NCBI GenBank assembly: GCA_965213625.1
Contig: CBDBZU010000004.1
Coordinates: 32,001 to 96,000 of the forward strand
Origin: a bacterium
GTDB taxonomy: Bacteria; UBA8248
DNA length: 64,000 nucleotides
Direction of reading: 5' to 3'
The position numbers and the translations under genes were made by a program. Within the stretch, counting starts at the first letter, position 1; each line of letters starts with the position of its first letter. The notes below the pieces were generated by a model. The model did no database searches, had not been told where the DNA came from, and saw only the letters and a program-made list of their open reading frames with translations. Shown in pieces: positions 13,073 through 23,236 of the stretch.

Positions 13073-13888
13073 TCACCAGGGAGCCGCGGTGAGTTTCGCC
13101 ATCACGCAGGCATCCTCCACGACCTCGACCTCATCGCGTGAGAGTTTCGCGAAGGCGAGGCACATGGCGACCTCCTCCCAGGAGTCCAAAGGTCCGTGCT
13201 CGATGCCCGTGGCCAGTTCCACCACGGTGTAGCGTGGTGGATGGACGGGCATTCCCCGGTGTTCGCCCGATGAGAAATACGATCGCCTGGCGCACGCCTC
13301 ACACCTGGCTGCTCCATGAGAGGGGGCTGCGCAGTCAACACATGCCCCGCGGGCGCGCCTTGTATGATAGCGCGCCCGGCTGGCGGCGTTCTTGAGCGGA
13401 CGGCGCTTTGAATCCCTTTTGGCGCACGAAGCGCACGTCGAAGCCTTTCCGGTTACGGCGCCTCCGCAACGACCGCAAAGGTTCCTGGAGCGTCTTTTTT
13501 CATAGAGCCTCTTTTCCGCCGCGCGGCGTTCCTCCCGGCAAATCCCGCAGACCGTGCCGCCCTCGGCGGGTTTTCGTTCACCGCAAGTCGTGCAGAGCCC
13601 GGCTTCGAGACGCTCGCGCCTGCGCTTTCTGGCCCTCTCGCGCGCCATGCGCCGGCGGCTCTCGGGATCCCGCCCGCCATATCGAGTACCCTCTGATTTG
13701 GCTCTGGCGTATCGGGCTTGTTCGGACTTGCATCCTCTCTCGAGGCAGTTCGCGCAGAGGCTTCGCCCGGGCGCGGGAGGGTGTTTGCCGCACCTGGGGC
13801 ACATGCCCTGCGCGCGGCGCTCGGCCGTCCGCCTCCTGTGGCGTTCGCGTTCTCTCTCGCGTCGAATAACCGGGTCCTTGTAGGGCAT
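13073..13888 (-). CDS. Arg-rich protein with tandem CxxC...CxxC (zinc-ribbon-like) repeats
   Basis: Start MPYKDP after a GGAGGGAG RBS. Four units of the form G/N-x-C-xx-C-x9-11-C-xx-C, separated by basic helices. Confidence 0.7.
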   Translation of the reverse strand: MPYKDPVIRRERERERHRRRTAERRAQGMCPRCGKHPPAPGRSLCANCLERGCKSEQARYARAKSEGTRYGGRDPESRRRMARERARKRRRERLEAGLCTTCGERKPAEGGTVCGICREERRAAEKRLYEKRRSRNLCGRCGGAVTGKASTCASCAKRDSKRRPLKNAASRARYHTRRARGACVDCAAPSHGAARCEACARRSYFSSGEHRGMPVHPPRYTVVELATGIEHGPLDSWEEVAMCLAFAKLSRDEVEVVEDACVMAKLTAAPW

Positions 13889-14533
13889 GCCGTCTCCCTC
13901 CCTGGGGTGGATGGAATCCGTGCGGCCGGCGCCGGGCCGGCAGGACGTCCTCCCGGCGCGGGCCGGGAACACTCACCGGCACAGCATTTTTCCCCGACCA
14001 AGTGTTCGCCCCAGAGCTGCAGGCCGCTACCGGGGATTTTGATCCCCGTGCAGACGATGAGTTCATCCCGCGCGGGCCGCATCTCCCGGACCGCCCGGCG
14101 GGAAGCCGTCACGCGCTTGCTCCTGCGCCCCGCGCTCTCCCTGGCTGGCAGGGGCCTGAGCTCGCCCCCTCCCGTGGATTTGTAGCGCCTTACCTCGTAT
14201 CGCTCGTCCGCCAGTCCCCGGCTTGAGAGATGGGTGAGGAAGGTGTTGGCTTCAGGTTTTGGTTTCCGCATCGCGCAGCCTCCTTGGAATGGGTGGATGA
14301 TGTCGGCGACCGGTACTGACCGGAGAGGGAGAGCCTCCCTCCCGGACCCCTTCCGCCGCCTCTTCCCGGCCCGGCTCGGCCTCTTGGTGGCGCAAAGCGC
14401 GCCGGGGTCTTTCACGGGAAGTCCGGGTCTTGCCCAGGGTGTGAGGCTCAGGGGGGTTGCTTTCGTGCGCCATTGTTTTATAATTTACGTAAGTATTCAT
14501 GTTCTATGTTTCTGAAAACGTTCATTTTAAGGT

Positions 14534-17500
14534 TTGGGGTTTCCGGCAACTTATTGGAGCGAGGTCACGATGAAGACACTGAGCGCGTTTGTCAGGGGAT
14601 GGAAGAAATTGTGTGAATCCGGGTACCGGTTCTGCGCCGCGCGAGGCGGGGATATCCGGAAAATCCGTTCCGGGGGGTTGACAAACCGGCTCCGGGGGTC
14701 TTTGCATAATCGAGCCGAGCCGAGCCGAGCCGAGCCGAGCCGAGCCGAGCCGAGCCGAGCCGAGCCGAGCCGAGCCGCTCTTGCTACATCTCCGTGGTGG
14801 CGCCGCCTAGGGCGCTCCGCCGCCCGGTCTGAGCCTCTCGGCTCTTCCGGCGGTTGCCCCGCAACCCGCCGGCCCGCTTCTTCCTCCGGTCGTCCCGTTG
14901 CTTCCACTGCGTTCGCGGGCAGCCTGCGCCGGAGCCTTGCCGCTGTGTTGCTCGGACTGCTGTTGAGCGGCTTCGCCGCCCCGGCGGCCGCGCAGACGAC
15001 CATGCCGCAGATTATGCTCAGCCAGACGAACTTCAAGCTTGACGAGCCGCAGGACAACAACTGCCCGGACAGCAAAGTCGGCACTGAGAAGACGTTTCAT
15101 TATAACCAGAACACTGAAAAGCTGGAGAGAGTAGAGCGGCACTACGGGCGCGTGCTCACGTCAGTGCAGTACAAGGTCATGCTCGACCGCAAGCCCGGCC
15201 CGGGCAAATATGTCAGCGTGGAGATCTGGGACCCGACCGATCTGGACCGGCCTGATGTCAGGGACGGATACCACGACGACGGCTCAATCGCATTCACAGG
15301 ACACTTCTCGCAGAACGCGCAAATCCACGGCATCAGCTGGCGTGGTGGCCAGCAGGGCAGGATCACCATCGCCAAGTCCTTCCTGACCTTCACCGACAAG
15401 AACTGGAACCGGGCGCAGACGGTGACGGTGAACATCCTTTGCGCACAGCATGACGTCAACACGCCGCTGCCGATCTGGCACTTCGCCTTCCGGCATAACG
15501 ATCGCGTGATCAATCCAGGAGCCACCCACCAGTACCGCCTCTCGGATTCCGTGCACGCCGCCGGCGACAACCGCAAGGGCGACAACAGCCCGAACAACAC
15601 CAGCCTCAAGATCGCCGAGGTGCGGGTGGCGGACAGCACCGAACCGGCCGCCGTCACGAGCAACGTTGACGGCAAACTCGTCCTCGATGCCTACGGGTCG
15701 GGCTTCACCACGGGCGGCAAGAAGATGATCGACCTGGAGTTTAACTGGAACCATCCGGACAATGCGCTGCACAACGACTATGACGACGCCGCCGAACAGT
15801 TCGCCGCCTTCCGCGTCAAGTTGCGGACGGTGGAACCGGCCGGCCACCCGGTGCAGGAGAAGGTCGTGCCCGTGAACCTCATCAGCCCCGGCGACGACAA
15901 GACCACTACCTCGTGGTATGCGGCACTCGAGGCGAAGGGCCATGTGGGCTGGGTGCATGGCCGGCCCCAACCGGCCGACGGGAAGTACGAGTGGAGCGTC
16001 GTCCCCCTGGACCGGCGCTGGAACGACGTGGAGGCCGAGCGGGTCACCAGGTGCGTGCTGCTGACGAGCAGAGCCGGCCCGAACGGCGGCCGGGCCTCGC
16101 GTATTGACGAGACGGCCACCCCGACTTGTCCTCCTGCGCCGCAGAACGCGCCCGCGCAGGCCGCGCCGGCGCAGGCGCCCACCGAGGCGGTCGCCAACCT
16201 GCAGGTGACGGCGGTGGACGCTGCCAGCGCCGGCGTCACCTGGGACGCGGTGGAACACGCCACCTCCTACGAGGTGTCATGGGATGCCAACGGTTCGCAG
16301 ACCGCCGTCTCCGGCGCCGAGAGCGTGACGGGCGCCTCGGCCACCATCCGGCACGATGCCCAGGAAGCCATGACGCTGACGGTCACGGTGACGCCGGAAT
16401 ACGTGGACGGCAACGGCGTGACGCAGCGACTCGACGCGCTGGCCGCCACGGCGACGCTCGCCGTGGGGCCGGGCGGCGACGCGCTGAGCGCCAGCGCGCA
16501 GGCCGAGGCAGCCTGCGTCTCAGGCGCCCTGCTTGCCGACGCCCGGAAGGCTGCGAGCGAAACCTGGCGGACTTCGGGCCATGTCGAGCGCTGGAGCCGG
16601 GTGCTTGCGGCCTTCGGGGAGAGCAACGCCTACAGCAACAACCCGATGACCGTCGCCGAGGCGCGGGCGCAGGCGGACCGCGGCCTCAAGCGCTGGACCC
16701 CGGTGCTCGAGGCGCTGGAATGCCTGGCGGCGGCGCCGGAGGAACAGCCGGAACAGGCCGAGGCGCAGCCGGCGACGCCGGCCACGCCCGCGCTCAGCCT
16801 CTCGGCGGGGTCCGCCGTGGACGAGGGCGGCAATGCCGCCTTCACGGTCACGGCCGACCCGGCGCCGCAGTCCGACCTGACGATCGCCTTCACCGTCGCC
16901 CAGAGCGGCGATTACCTGGATGCGCCCGGCGCGGGCAGCCGGACGGTGGTCCTGACAGCAGGGGCCGCCGGCGTCGCACTCTCCGTTGCCACGGTGGACG
17001 ATGCGGCGGACGAGGCCGACGGCTCGGTGAGCGTCACCCTCGGCACGGGCGCGGGATACACGGTGGCCGGGGGCAAGGGCAGCGCCGCGGTAACGGTGCG
17101 CGACGATGACGAGCCGGTGGTGAGCATCGTCGCCGGCAGCGGGGTGACGGAAGGCGCCCCGGCCTCCTTCACGGTGAATGCCGAGCCGGCGCCTGCGGCG
17201 CCGCTCGACATAACGCTGACCGTCGGCCAGAGCGGCGCCTTCGCCGCTTCGGGCGAGGCGGGATCGAGGACGGTCACCGTCCCGGTGTCGGGCAGCGTGG
17301 ACGTGGAGGTCGCCACTTTGGACGACGCTGCGGACGAGCCGGACGGCTCGATCACGGCGACCTTGGATGCCGGCACGGGCTACACGGTGGCGGCGGCGCC
17401 GGACAATGCGGCCACGGTGGCGGTGTCGGACAACGACGCGGCGTCGTCGGGGCCGACGATCTCGATTGCCGATGCGAGCTTCAAGGAGAACCAGCGCACG

Positions 17501-19327
17501 GGGTATTTCACGGTGACGATGAGCGAGCCCGCGGACCGGACAATCACCATCCTCTACGCGACCCGCCAATCGACACCGGTCTCGGCCAAGGCCGGCCGGG
17601 ACTACTTCGAATGGAAGCGGGCCTGGCGGGCACGGATCTCGATATTGCCGGGCAAGACGACGGCGCGGGTTCCCGTCTACATCTACAACGACAGCCATGA
17701 CGAGGATCCGGAGACGTTCGAGGTGGTCCTGTTCGACGCCGATGAAGGTGTGTCGATTTCGGACGGTGTTGCGGTGGGCACGATCACCAACGACGACCCG
17801 ATGCCGGCGGCGTGGCTGGCGCGTTTCGGTCGCACGGCGGCGGAGCAGGCGCTGGACGGCATAGCCGGGCGCATCGCGGCCTCGCGCAGCGCCGGGGTGC
17901 AGGGCACGATCGCCGGGCAGCCGCTCGCCTTCGGGCCTGTCGGCGCGTCGCCTGCGGCGCACGCGATTACGGCCGGGGGCGGCCGCCACATCGCCCTCGG
18001 GGAGGGAGAGGTCTTCGCCAGCGAGTCGTACCGCTCCGGCGCAGGTGCGCCGGCGGACTCGCGCCTTCTGACGACGCGGGACCTGCTATTAGGCTCGAAC
18101 TTCACGCAGACAGGGGAGAAGGACGGCACGGGCGGCAGCTTCGCCTTCTGGGGCCGGGCGGCGCAGTCGAGCTTCGACGGCCGGGAGGGCAGCTTCTCGC
18201 TCGACGGCGAGGCGACCACGGCCATGCTGGGCGCGGACTATGCGCGCGGCGACTGGCTGGTCGGCATGGCTCTGATGCATAGCAGCGGAGAAGGCGGCTA
18301 TGCAGACAACGGACCGGTTTCCGGGGCAGGCAGCGGTACGGATTCCGTGCGCTGTCCCCAACCTCTGGATGCCGGGACGCGGAGGGTCCATTGCAGCGGC
18401 GCCGTGCGGGAAGGCGACGGCAGTGTGGAGGCGTCGCTGGCGGCGGCGGTTCCCTATGCCTCGCTCCGGGTCTCGGAACGCCTGAAGCTCTGGGGCGCGC
18501 TCGGCTACGGTTCGGGCGAGGTGACGCTCGAGACGGCCATGGGCGACCGCTATGACGCGGACACGACGTGGTCCATGGCGGCGGCGGGACTCAGGGGCGG
18601 CCTTTTGAAGCCCGGGAGCTTCAGCCTCGCCCTTCTCGCCGACGCGCTGTGGACGCGCACGGATTCGGATGAGACCGGCGAGCTTTCGGCCTCGCGCTCC
18701 GAGGTGAACCGGCTTCGGCTGGGAATCGAGGGGAGCCGTGAATTCACGCTCGATGGCGGCGTCGTTGCGCCTCGGGTCGAATTCGGGGTGCGCCACGACG
18801 GGGGCGGCGCGGAGACGGGCTTCGGCGTCGAGGTGGGCGCCGGGGTATCGCTCACCGCCGGGCGTCTCGGCCTCGTGCTCGACGTATCGGGCCGCACGCT
18901 GCTCGCGCACGAGGACGAGGACCTGAAGGACCGGGGGATATCGGCCTCGCTTACCTATGACCCGGACCCCGGGAGCAAACGGGGCGCTTCGTTCGCGCTC
19001 CGGCGCGACCTGGGCGGTTCGGCCGCGGACGGGCTCGACGCGCTGTTCGCCTCCGATCCGCTGGCGAAGCGCTCCGGCGGGCGGAGCGACGGCTGGCGCG
19101 CGGAGGCGGCCTGGGGGCTGCCCGCCTTCGGCGGACGCTTCACGGGTTCTCCCTTCCTCGCCTGGGGCTTCTCGGCCGGGGCGCGGGACTACGACGTGGG
19201 CTGGCGCCTCGAACCCGAGGCTGCAGGCGCCCCCGACCTCTCGCTCGCCGTAAAGGCCACGCGGCGAGAGGCCGCGGACGATACGACCGACCACGGCGTC
19301 GGGGTCGACCTCACCGCGCGCTGGTAG
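14534..19327 (+). CDS. Large autotransporter-like adhesin with Calx-beta/Ig-like repeats
   Basis: 1597 aa ORF with a signal-peptide-like segment (SLAAVLLGLLLSGFAAPAAAQ), Calx-beta-type repeats (ATVDDAADEADGSVSVTL; NDSHDEDPETFEVVL) and a C-terminal beta-barrel ending GVDLTARW. True start may be the in-frame TTG at 14702. Confidence 0.85.
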   Translation: MGFPATYWSEVTMKTLSAFVRGWKKLCESGYRFCAARGGDIRKIRSGGLTNRLRGSLHNRAEPSRAEPSRAEPSRAEPSRAALATSPWWRRLGRSAARSEPLGSSGGCPATRRPASSSGRPVASTAFAGSLRRSLAAVLLGLLLSGFAAPAAAQTTMPQIMLSQTNFKLDEPQDNNCPDSKVGTEKTFHYNQNTEKLERVERHYGRVLTSVQYKVMLDRKPGPGKYVSVEIWDPTDLDRPDVRDGYHDDGSIAFTGHFSQNAQIHGISWRGGQQGRITIAKSFLTFTDKNWNRAQTVTVNILCAQHDVNTPLPIWHFAFRHNDRVINPGATHQYRLSDSVHAAGDNRKGDNSPNNTSLKIAEVRVADSTEPAAVTSNVDGKLVLDAYGSGFTTGGKKMIDLEFNWNHPDNALHNDYDDAAEQFAAFRVKLRTVEPAGHPVQEKVVPVNLISPGDDKTTTSWYAALEAKGHVGWVHGRPQPADGKYEWSVVPLDRRWNDVEAERVTRCVLLTSRAGPNGGRASRIDETATPTCPPAPQNAPAQAAPAQAPTEAVANLQVTAVDAASAGVTWDAVEHATSYEVSWDANGSQTAVSGAESVTGASATIRHDAQEAMTLTVTVTPEYVDGNGVTQRLDALAATATLAVGPGGDALSASAQAEAACVSGALLADARKAASETWRTSGHVERWSRVLAAFGESNAYSNNPMTVAEARAQADRGLKRWTPVLEALECLAAAPEEQPEQAEAQPATPATPALSLSAGSAVDEGGNAAFTVTADPAPQSDLTIAFTVAQSGDYLDAPGAGSRTVVLTAGAAGVALSVATVDDAADEADGSVSVTLGTGAGYTVAGGKGSAAVTVRDDDEPVVSIVAGSGVTEGAPASFTVNAEPAPAAPLDITLTVGQSGAFAASGEAGSRTVTVPVSGSVDVEVATLDDAADEPDGSITATLDAGTGYTVAAAPDNAATVAVSDNDAASSGPTISIADASFKENQRTGYFTVTMSEPADRTITILYATRQSTPVSAKAGRDYFEWKRAWRARISILPGKTTARVPVYIYNDSHDEDPETFEVVLFDADEGVSISDGVAVGTITNDDPMPAAWLARFGRTAAEQALDGIAGRIAASRSAGVQGTIAGQPLAFGPVGASPAAHAITAGGGRHIALGEGEVFASESYRSGAGAPADSRLLTTRDLLLGSNFTQTGEKDGTGGSFAFWGRAAQSSFDGREGSFSLDGEATTAMLGADYARGDWLVGMALMHSSGEGGYADNGPVSGAGSGTDSVRCPQPLDAGTRRVHCSGAVREGDGSVEASLAAAVPYASLRVSERLKLWGALGYGSGEVTLETAMGDRYDADTTWSMAAAGLRGGLLKPGSFSLALLADALWTRTDSDETGELSASRSEVNRLRLGIEGSREFTLDGGVVAPRVEFGVRHDGGGAETGFGVEVGAGVSLTAGRLGLVLDVSGRTLLAHEDEDLKDRGISASLTYDPDPGSKRGASFALRRDLGGSAADGLDALFASDPLAKRSGGRSDGWRAEAAWGLPAFGGRFTGSPFLAWGFSAGARDYDVGWRLEPEAAGAPDLSLAVKATRREAADDTTDHGVGVDLTARW
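14711..14775 (+). repeat. (CGAGC)13 microsatellite in the 5' coding region of the adhesin
   Basis: 13 perfect pentamer units encoding RAEPS repeats. Confidence 0.95.
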
Positions 19328-19353
19328 AATACGGCAGAAGCGGGGTAGCGGGT

Positions 19354-19679
19354 TCAGGGAGAGGACGCCCCGGGATACCCCTTCAGCACGTCCGCCGCGA
19401 TGCTCTCTGATACCTCGAGGGCTGCCTCTCTCACTGAATTGCGCGCGGGATGCGCGTAGCGCGCCGTGGTTTCGACCCGCGCGTGGCCGAGCAGCTTCCC
19501 GATGGCGGGGAGGGATTCGCCCAGCGCAAGCGCGCGCGAGGCGAACGAGTGACGAAGGTCATGGAGCCGCACGTCACGGAGACCGGCATATCCTTATCCC
19601 GGTAGACGGTGTCGCGCTCCACCTCGAGCGACTCCACCGTGCGCCTCGATATCGTGGTCCGTCCAAGCTTCGCCATCAC
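19354..19679 (-). pseudogene. Internally deleted tyrosine recombinase/integrase
   Basis: An N-terminal MAKLGRTTISRRTVESL...RDKDMP segment is joined out of frame to the catalytic tail RLHDLRHSFAS...LLGHARVETTARYAH. Confidence 0.85.
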
Positions 19680-19750
19680 TTATCTCCCGCGGGTAACACG
19701 TCGGTGCCGATGCTCCCGCCCACTCTCGCGGCCGACGCCTTTTCGGCCTC

Positions 19751-19830
19751 ACGCACCTCGCTCGCGATTCGGCGCAGGAGGCGGCCGATCGGGTCGCCGC
19801 GAGCATCGCCGAAGACATGCTGCAGGGTGC
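19751..19830 (+). pseudogene. Second integrase C-terminal remnant
   Basis: Reads HLARDSAQEAADRVAASIAEDML, homologous to the tail HPARNSVREAALEVSESIAADVL of the adjacent remnant. Confidence 0.55.
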
Positions 19831-20329
19831 CGTACACAACTCACGGAAAACCCGGTCGATGATGAATGCGATTTTCCTATAACGTCCTCTCCCGGACGAC
19901 CCTTCGCCCCCTCCCCGGCCAGACTCGGCCTTTTCGCGGCGTAGAGCGGCATCTGCGGACCGCGATGCGATTGCGCTCAGTCGTTCTCTTTGCGAACATG
20001 CGTGAGCACATGCGGGTGAGTTCAGGGGAAACTTGAGGAAGTCCGGCAGCGAGACCCGGGCGAAGGGCACTCTCACGAGAGGGAGACGCTGCCTGACAGG
20101 GCCGGGCAGGTACATGATCGGAAATCGGCCGGTGCTGCGGCACCGTCAAATTCTCGCGCACAGGCTGCCGGGTGGCGTCTGGCGCAGCCGGAACTACGGC
20201 TTTCATGTGGTGTTGATATGGTGTTGATTCCATTCCGAATCAAATGTCTGAAGAATTATCTATCCTGTAACCTATTGTAAATATATGAATTAAAAACCAT
20301 ACCCCGCATGAAATCCTCTAAACTTCCAA

Positions 20330-20677
20330 GTCGCAAATCTATCCATCGCCACCGACGAGGGCTACGTGGACCGACAATCCGGTGACCGCATCGACAAGAC
20401 GGAGTGGCACCGGGTCGTCACCTTTCAGCCCGGCCTGGTGGATATGTTCGAGAAGCACGCGAAGAAGGGCCGCCTGGTCTACGTGGCGGGCAAGCTCCAG
20501 ACCCGCCGATGGAAGAAGGACGAGGAAGACTCCGATCGCTTCTCCACCGAGATCCTCGTAGCACCTGGCGGGCGGGTGCAGTTCCTGGACAAGGTGAACG
20601 GGAATGGCAACGGCAACCGCGCGGATCCCGAGACGGTAGCGGCAGTCGATGGAGCCGCCGACGAGATTCCTTTCTAA
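20330..20677 (+). pseudogene. ssb: 5'-truncated ssb (copy 2)
   Basis: Starts at VANLSIATDEGYV, lacking the first ~28 codons; ends DEIPF. Confidence 0.85.
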
Positions 20678-20683
20678 CCTCAC

Positions 20684-20722
20684 AACGGGCCGGCGCCACG
20701 CGCGCGTCGGCCCGTTTTTTTT
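20684..20722 (+). terminator. Rho-independent terminator after ssb (copy 2)
   Basis: AACGGGCCGGCGC / GCGTCGGCCCGTT stem followed by a T8 run. Confidence 0.8.
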
Positions 20723-21042
20723 GTTCGTTATCCAGAGGAAGTCCACCACCGAAGCGCCCGCGCCTTTCCCTCCCTGCCGGCCCTTCTCCTCTACCGGGAA
20801 CACCCCATAAACCTCCGGTTCCGTGAACGGTAAACCATGTTCCCGGAAGATCGGCAGGAACACTGCAATCATACCATATTCAGGATAGTGGCTCGGTCCA
20901 CCCCCCGCTGCGGGAATTCCGGGCCGAATAACGGCCCGGAATGACCCTCTCCGCAGCATGAAGGGATGTTTCCCGATGAGCTTCGCCTTCATCGTGAAAC
21001 CTCAAAGGCTCTTGTGTCCCGGTGGCGATACTGATGTCTCTC

Positions 21043-21236
21043 TCTTAGCGTCCTCATTTTAGCACGCACGGCGCGGGGTCAAGGGTGCTTTTGCAAATAA
21101 CGCAAAAGCATCTTTTTTTCAGAAAAAATCGGTGATGCATGGATTTTTTCCGCTGCGCGCCCTCCGGGTGAAAAAAAGACTGAAAACCGCCCCTGACGCC
21201 CACGCCTGACACGTGCTGAAAATGAGGCGCTAAGAA
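21043..21236 (+). promoter_or_regulatory. Long fold-back structure, candidate Frpo-type ssDNA promoter (copy 2)
   Basis: 5' arm TCTTAGCGTCCTCATTTTAGCACG...GGGGTCAAGGG pairs with 3' arm CCCCTGACG...CGTGCTGAAAATGAGGCGCTAAGA. Inner stems include TGCTTTTGC/GCAAAAGCA and GAAAAAATC/GATTTTTTC. Confidence 0.55.
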
Positions 21237-21270
21237 GCATATCCGTTAACTCTCTGGAAAGGAGAAAGGC

Positions 21271-21642
21271 ATGGAAACCACCGTGGTGAACCTGAACGAC
21301 TACGTTGCAGAAAACGGCAGCGGCTTGCTGGTGAGGATCGACTGCATGACGAAGTGGGGAAACCCCTTCCGGGTCGGCGCCGATGGCGACCGCGACGACG
21401 TCATCAAGAAATACCGCCAATGGCTGTGGAGAAAAATCCGGCAGGAGGAGGTGAACCTCTACGAACTCGCCGACCTGCAAGGCTGCGAACTCGGCTGCCA
21501 CTGCCATCCCCTCCCGTGTCACGGCGACGTCCTCGCCCGCGCCGCCGAGTGGGCAGCAAGGTATCTCGACGAGATGCCCAGGGAAGTGGGGCGCAACGAG
21601 CGTGGCTACGCGCTGCCCGAATTCAACCATCCCCTCGCTTGA
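21271..21642 (+). CDS. DUF4326 domain protein (copy 2)
   Basis: Near-identical to 10739-11110. Confidence 0.85.
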   Translation: METTVVNLNDYVAENGSGLLVRIDCMTKWGNPFRVGADGDRDDVIKKYRQWLWRKIRQEEVNLYELADLQGCELGCHCHPLPCHGDVLARAAEWAARYLDEMPREVGRNERGYALPEFNHPLA

Positions 21643-21663
21643 GGACAACCAAAGGAGTGAACG

Positions 21664-22614
21664 ATGACCGCTATACACGACCACAAGGAGATGAACATGA
21701 ACGAGCACACGGAACACGAAGCGCAAAACGAATCTTTCACCGCCATGGTCTGCGAGCAGGCAGCGCTTTTCGGCGCCACGCCAGGGCCGGATGAGTTCGA
21801 CAACCGCCCCGTGTGGGACGAGGGCGAGGCCACCGCCGCCGTCATCAAGGCCTTCGGCGCACTTGCAGAAGCTGCGCCCGACGGAACACAACTCGCCGAC
21901 GAGCGGGCGAGTCTCCTGTGGGGCTTCGTCAACACCTTGGACGCCCAGACACAGCGCCTCGACCGCGCCGCCGACAGGCTCATCCCCGGCATCCGTGAAC
22001 TCCAGCGCGAGCAGGACGGCTCCGAGATCCGCTCGCGTGAACTCGAACTCAAGACCGACAGGGCCAACAACCTCACGGAACGCCGCGACGCCTTCGAGGG
22101 ACTGCGCGACACGGCCGCCGAGGCCTATCGCATCGAGACCGGCGAGGTATGGCGGCCCAGGCGAGGATCGCACGTCAGCCAGACCGGCAAGCTCACCTCC
22201 GCCGTCATCGAGGCGCGCGACTTCCAGCGCGCCAGAAAGGACCGTGAGAACACCGCCCATCTCCCCCAGGGAACCCTCGTCGCCGTCGCGGGTGGCAAGG
22301 AGGCGAACGACGCCGGCAAAATCATCGCGCATCTCGACCGCCTCAAGGCCAAGTACGCCGACGTCGTTCTCGTCCACGGCGGCGGACCCGGTGCGGAGAA
22401 GATAGCGGCGGGATGGGCCGAGAGAAACGGCGTCCACCAGGTCGTCTGCAAGCCGGATTGGGATGCCCACGGACGGGCCGCTCCCTTCCGCAGGAACGAC
22501 GAGCTGCTCGCACTCCTGCCCAAGGGCGTGATCGCGTTCCCGGGCAGCGGCATCACCGACAACCTCGTCGACAAGGCAAAAACCCTCGGCATCCCCGTCC
22601 AGAAAGTAGCGTGA
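21664..22614 (+). CDS. DUF2493 / YspA-like SLOG-domain protein (copy 2)
   Basis: Near-identical to 9767-10717. Confidence 0.85.
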   Translation: MTAIHDHKEMNMNEHTEHEAQNESFTAMVCEQAALFGATPGPDEFDNRPVWDEGEATAAVIKAFGALAEAAPDGTQLADERASLLWGFVNTLDAQTQRLDRAADRLIPGIRELQREQDGSEIRSRELELKTDRANNLTERRDAFEGLRDTAAEAYRIETGEVWRPRRGSHVSQTGKLTSAVIEARDFQRARKDRENTAHLPQGTLVAVAGGKEANDAGKIIAHLDRLKAKYADVVLVHGGGPGAEKIAAGWAERNGVHQVVCKPDWDAHGRAAPFRRNDELLALLPKGVIAFPGSGITDNLVDKAKTLGIPVQKVA

Positions 22615-23236
22615 CTTGAACGCTCAACGGGTCGCGTCGCAGCACATCAACTGTGGCGCGGCCCGTCGCTTCTCTCCTCCCTCACTCCACCGTACCTCTA
22701 CTGCTTGCTCCGCTCGTCTCCAACCGCTCAGTCGCCGCGGCGGCTCCCGCTCGCCATTCTCGCCGGCAAAAATTCCCTCGACTCGCGTTCCAAAAGATCC
22801 CTGCGCTAGCCGCCCTTCGGCGTTTCGTTCAGTACACCCGACGCATCGCCGATGCGGGTGTTACATAGGCTGCGAACGACCGCGATTCGTTGCGCCTCTC
22901 TTTTATCATTCATCTTCCCGAGCATCCCCGTCGCGCCGAGAAAAGTAATACCAATCTGGTGGCATACATATCCTTTTGAAATCACTTCACTTAAGACATA
23001 GCGTATGCTGTTTGTAATACGTTTGGTATCAGGGTGTTTCCTGTAGATACCAAATTGGTAGCACCCAGGCCTGCGCTGCGTTATGATGGATACCGATTTG
23101 GTATTGCGAATACTGTCACCAATTCGAGACCTTCCCGGTTCGCGACGAGTGTGTTCGGTGAATTGAAACGAGAATTTCCCGATCGTTTTGGTACCGGAAT
23201 CGATTAAAATCATCGCGAAGGGAGCGGCAAAACGAA

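Larger units (their letters stand above)
20330..22840. repeat. Arm 2 of the inverted duplication
   Basis: Reverse-complement match to 9551-12048; begins abruptly inside ssb. Confidence 0.92.

Noticed and set aside
13453-14415. 320 aa minus-strand ORF
   Set aside because: It overlaps the CxxC gene out of frame with low-complexity sequence. At most its 5' part is a degraded small gene that I cannot support.
15000-19300. Many long antisense ORFs over GC-rich genes (also at 21079-22470, 48124-49410, 54643-55638)
   Set aside because: Shadow frames of high-GC coding sequence, with no motifs or RBS.
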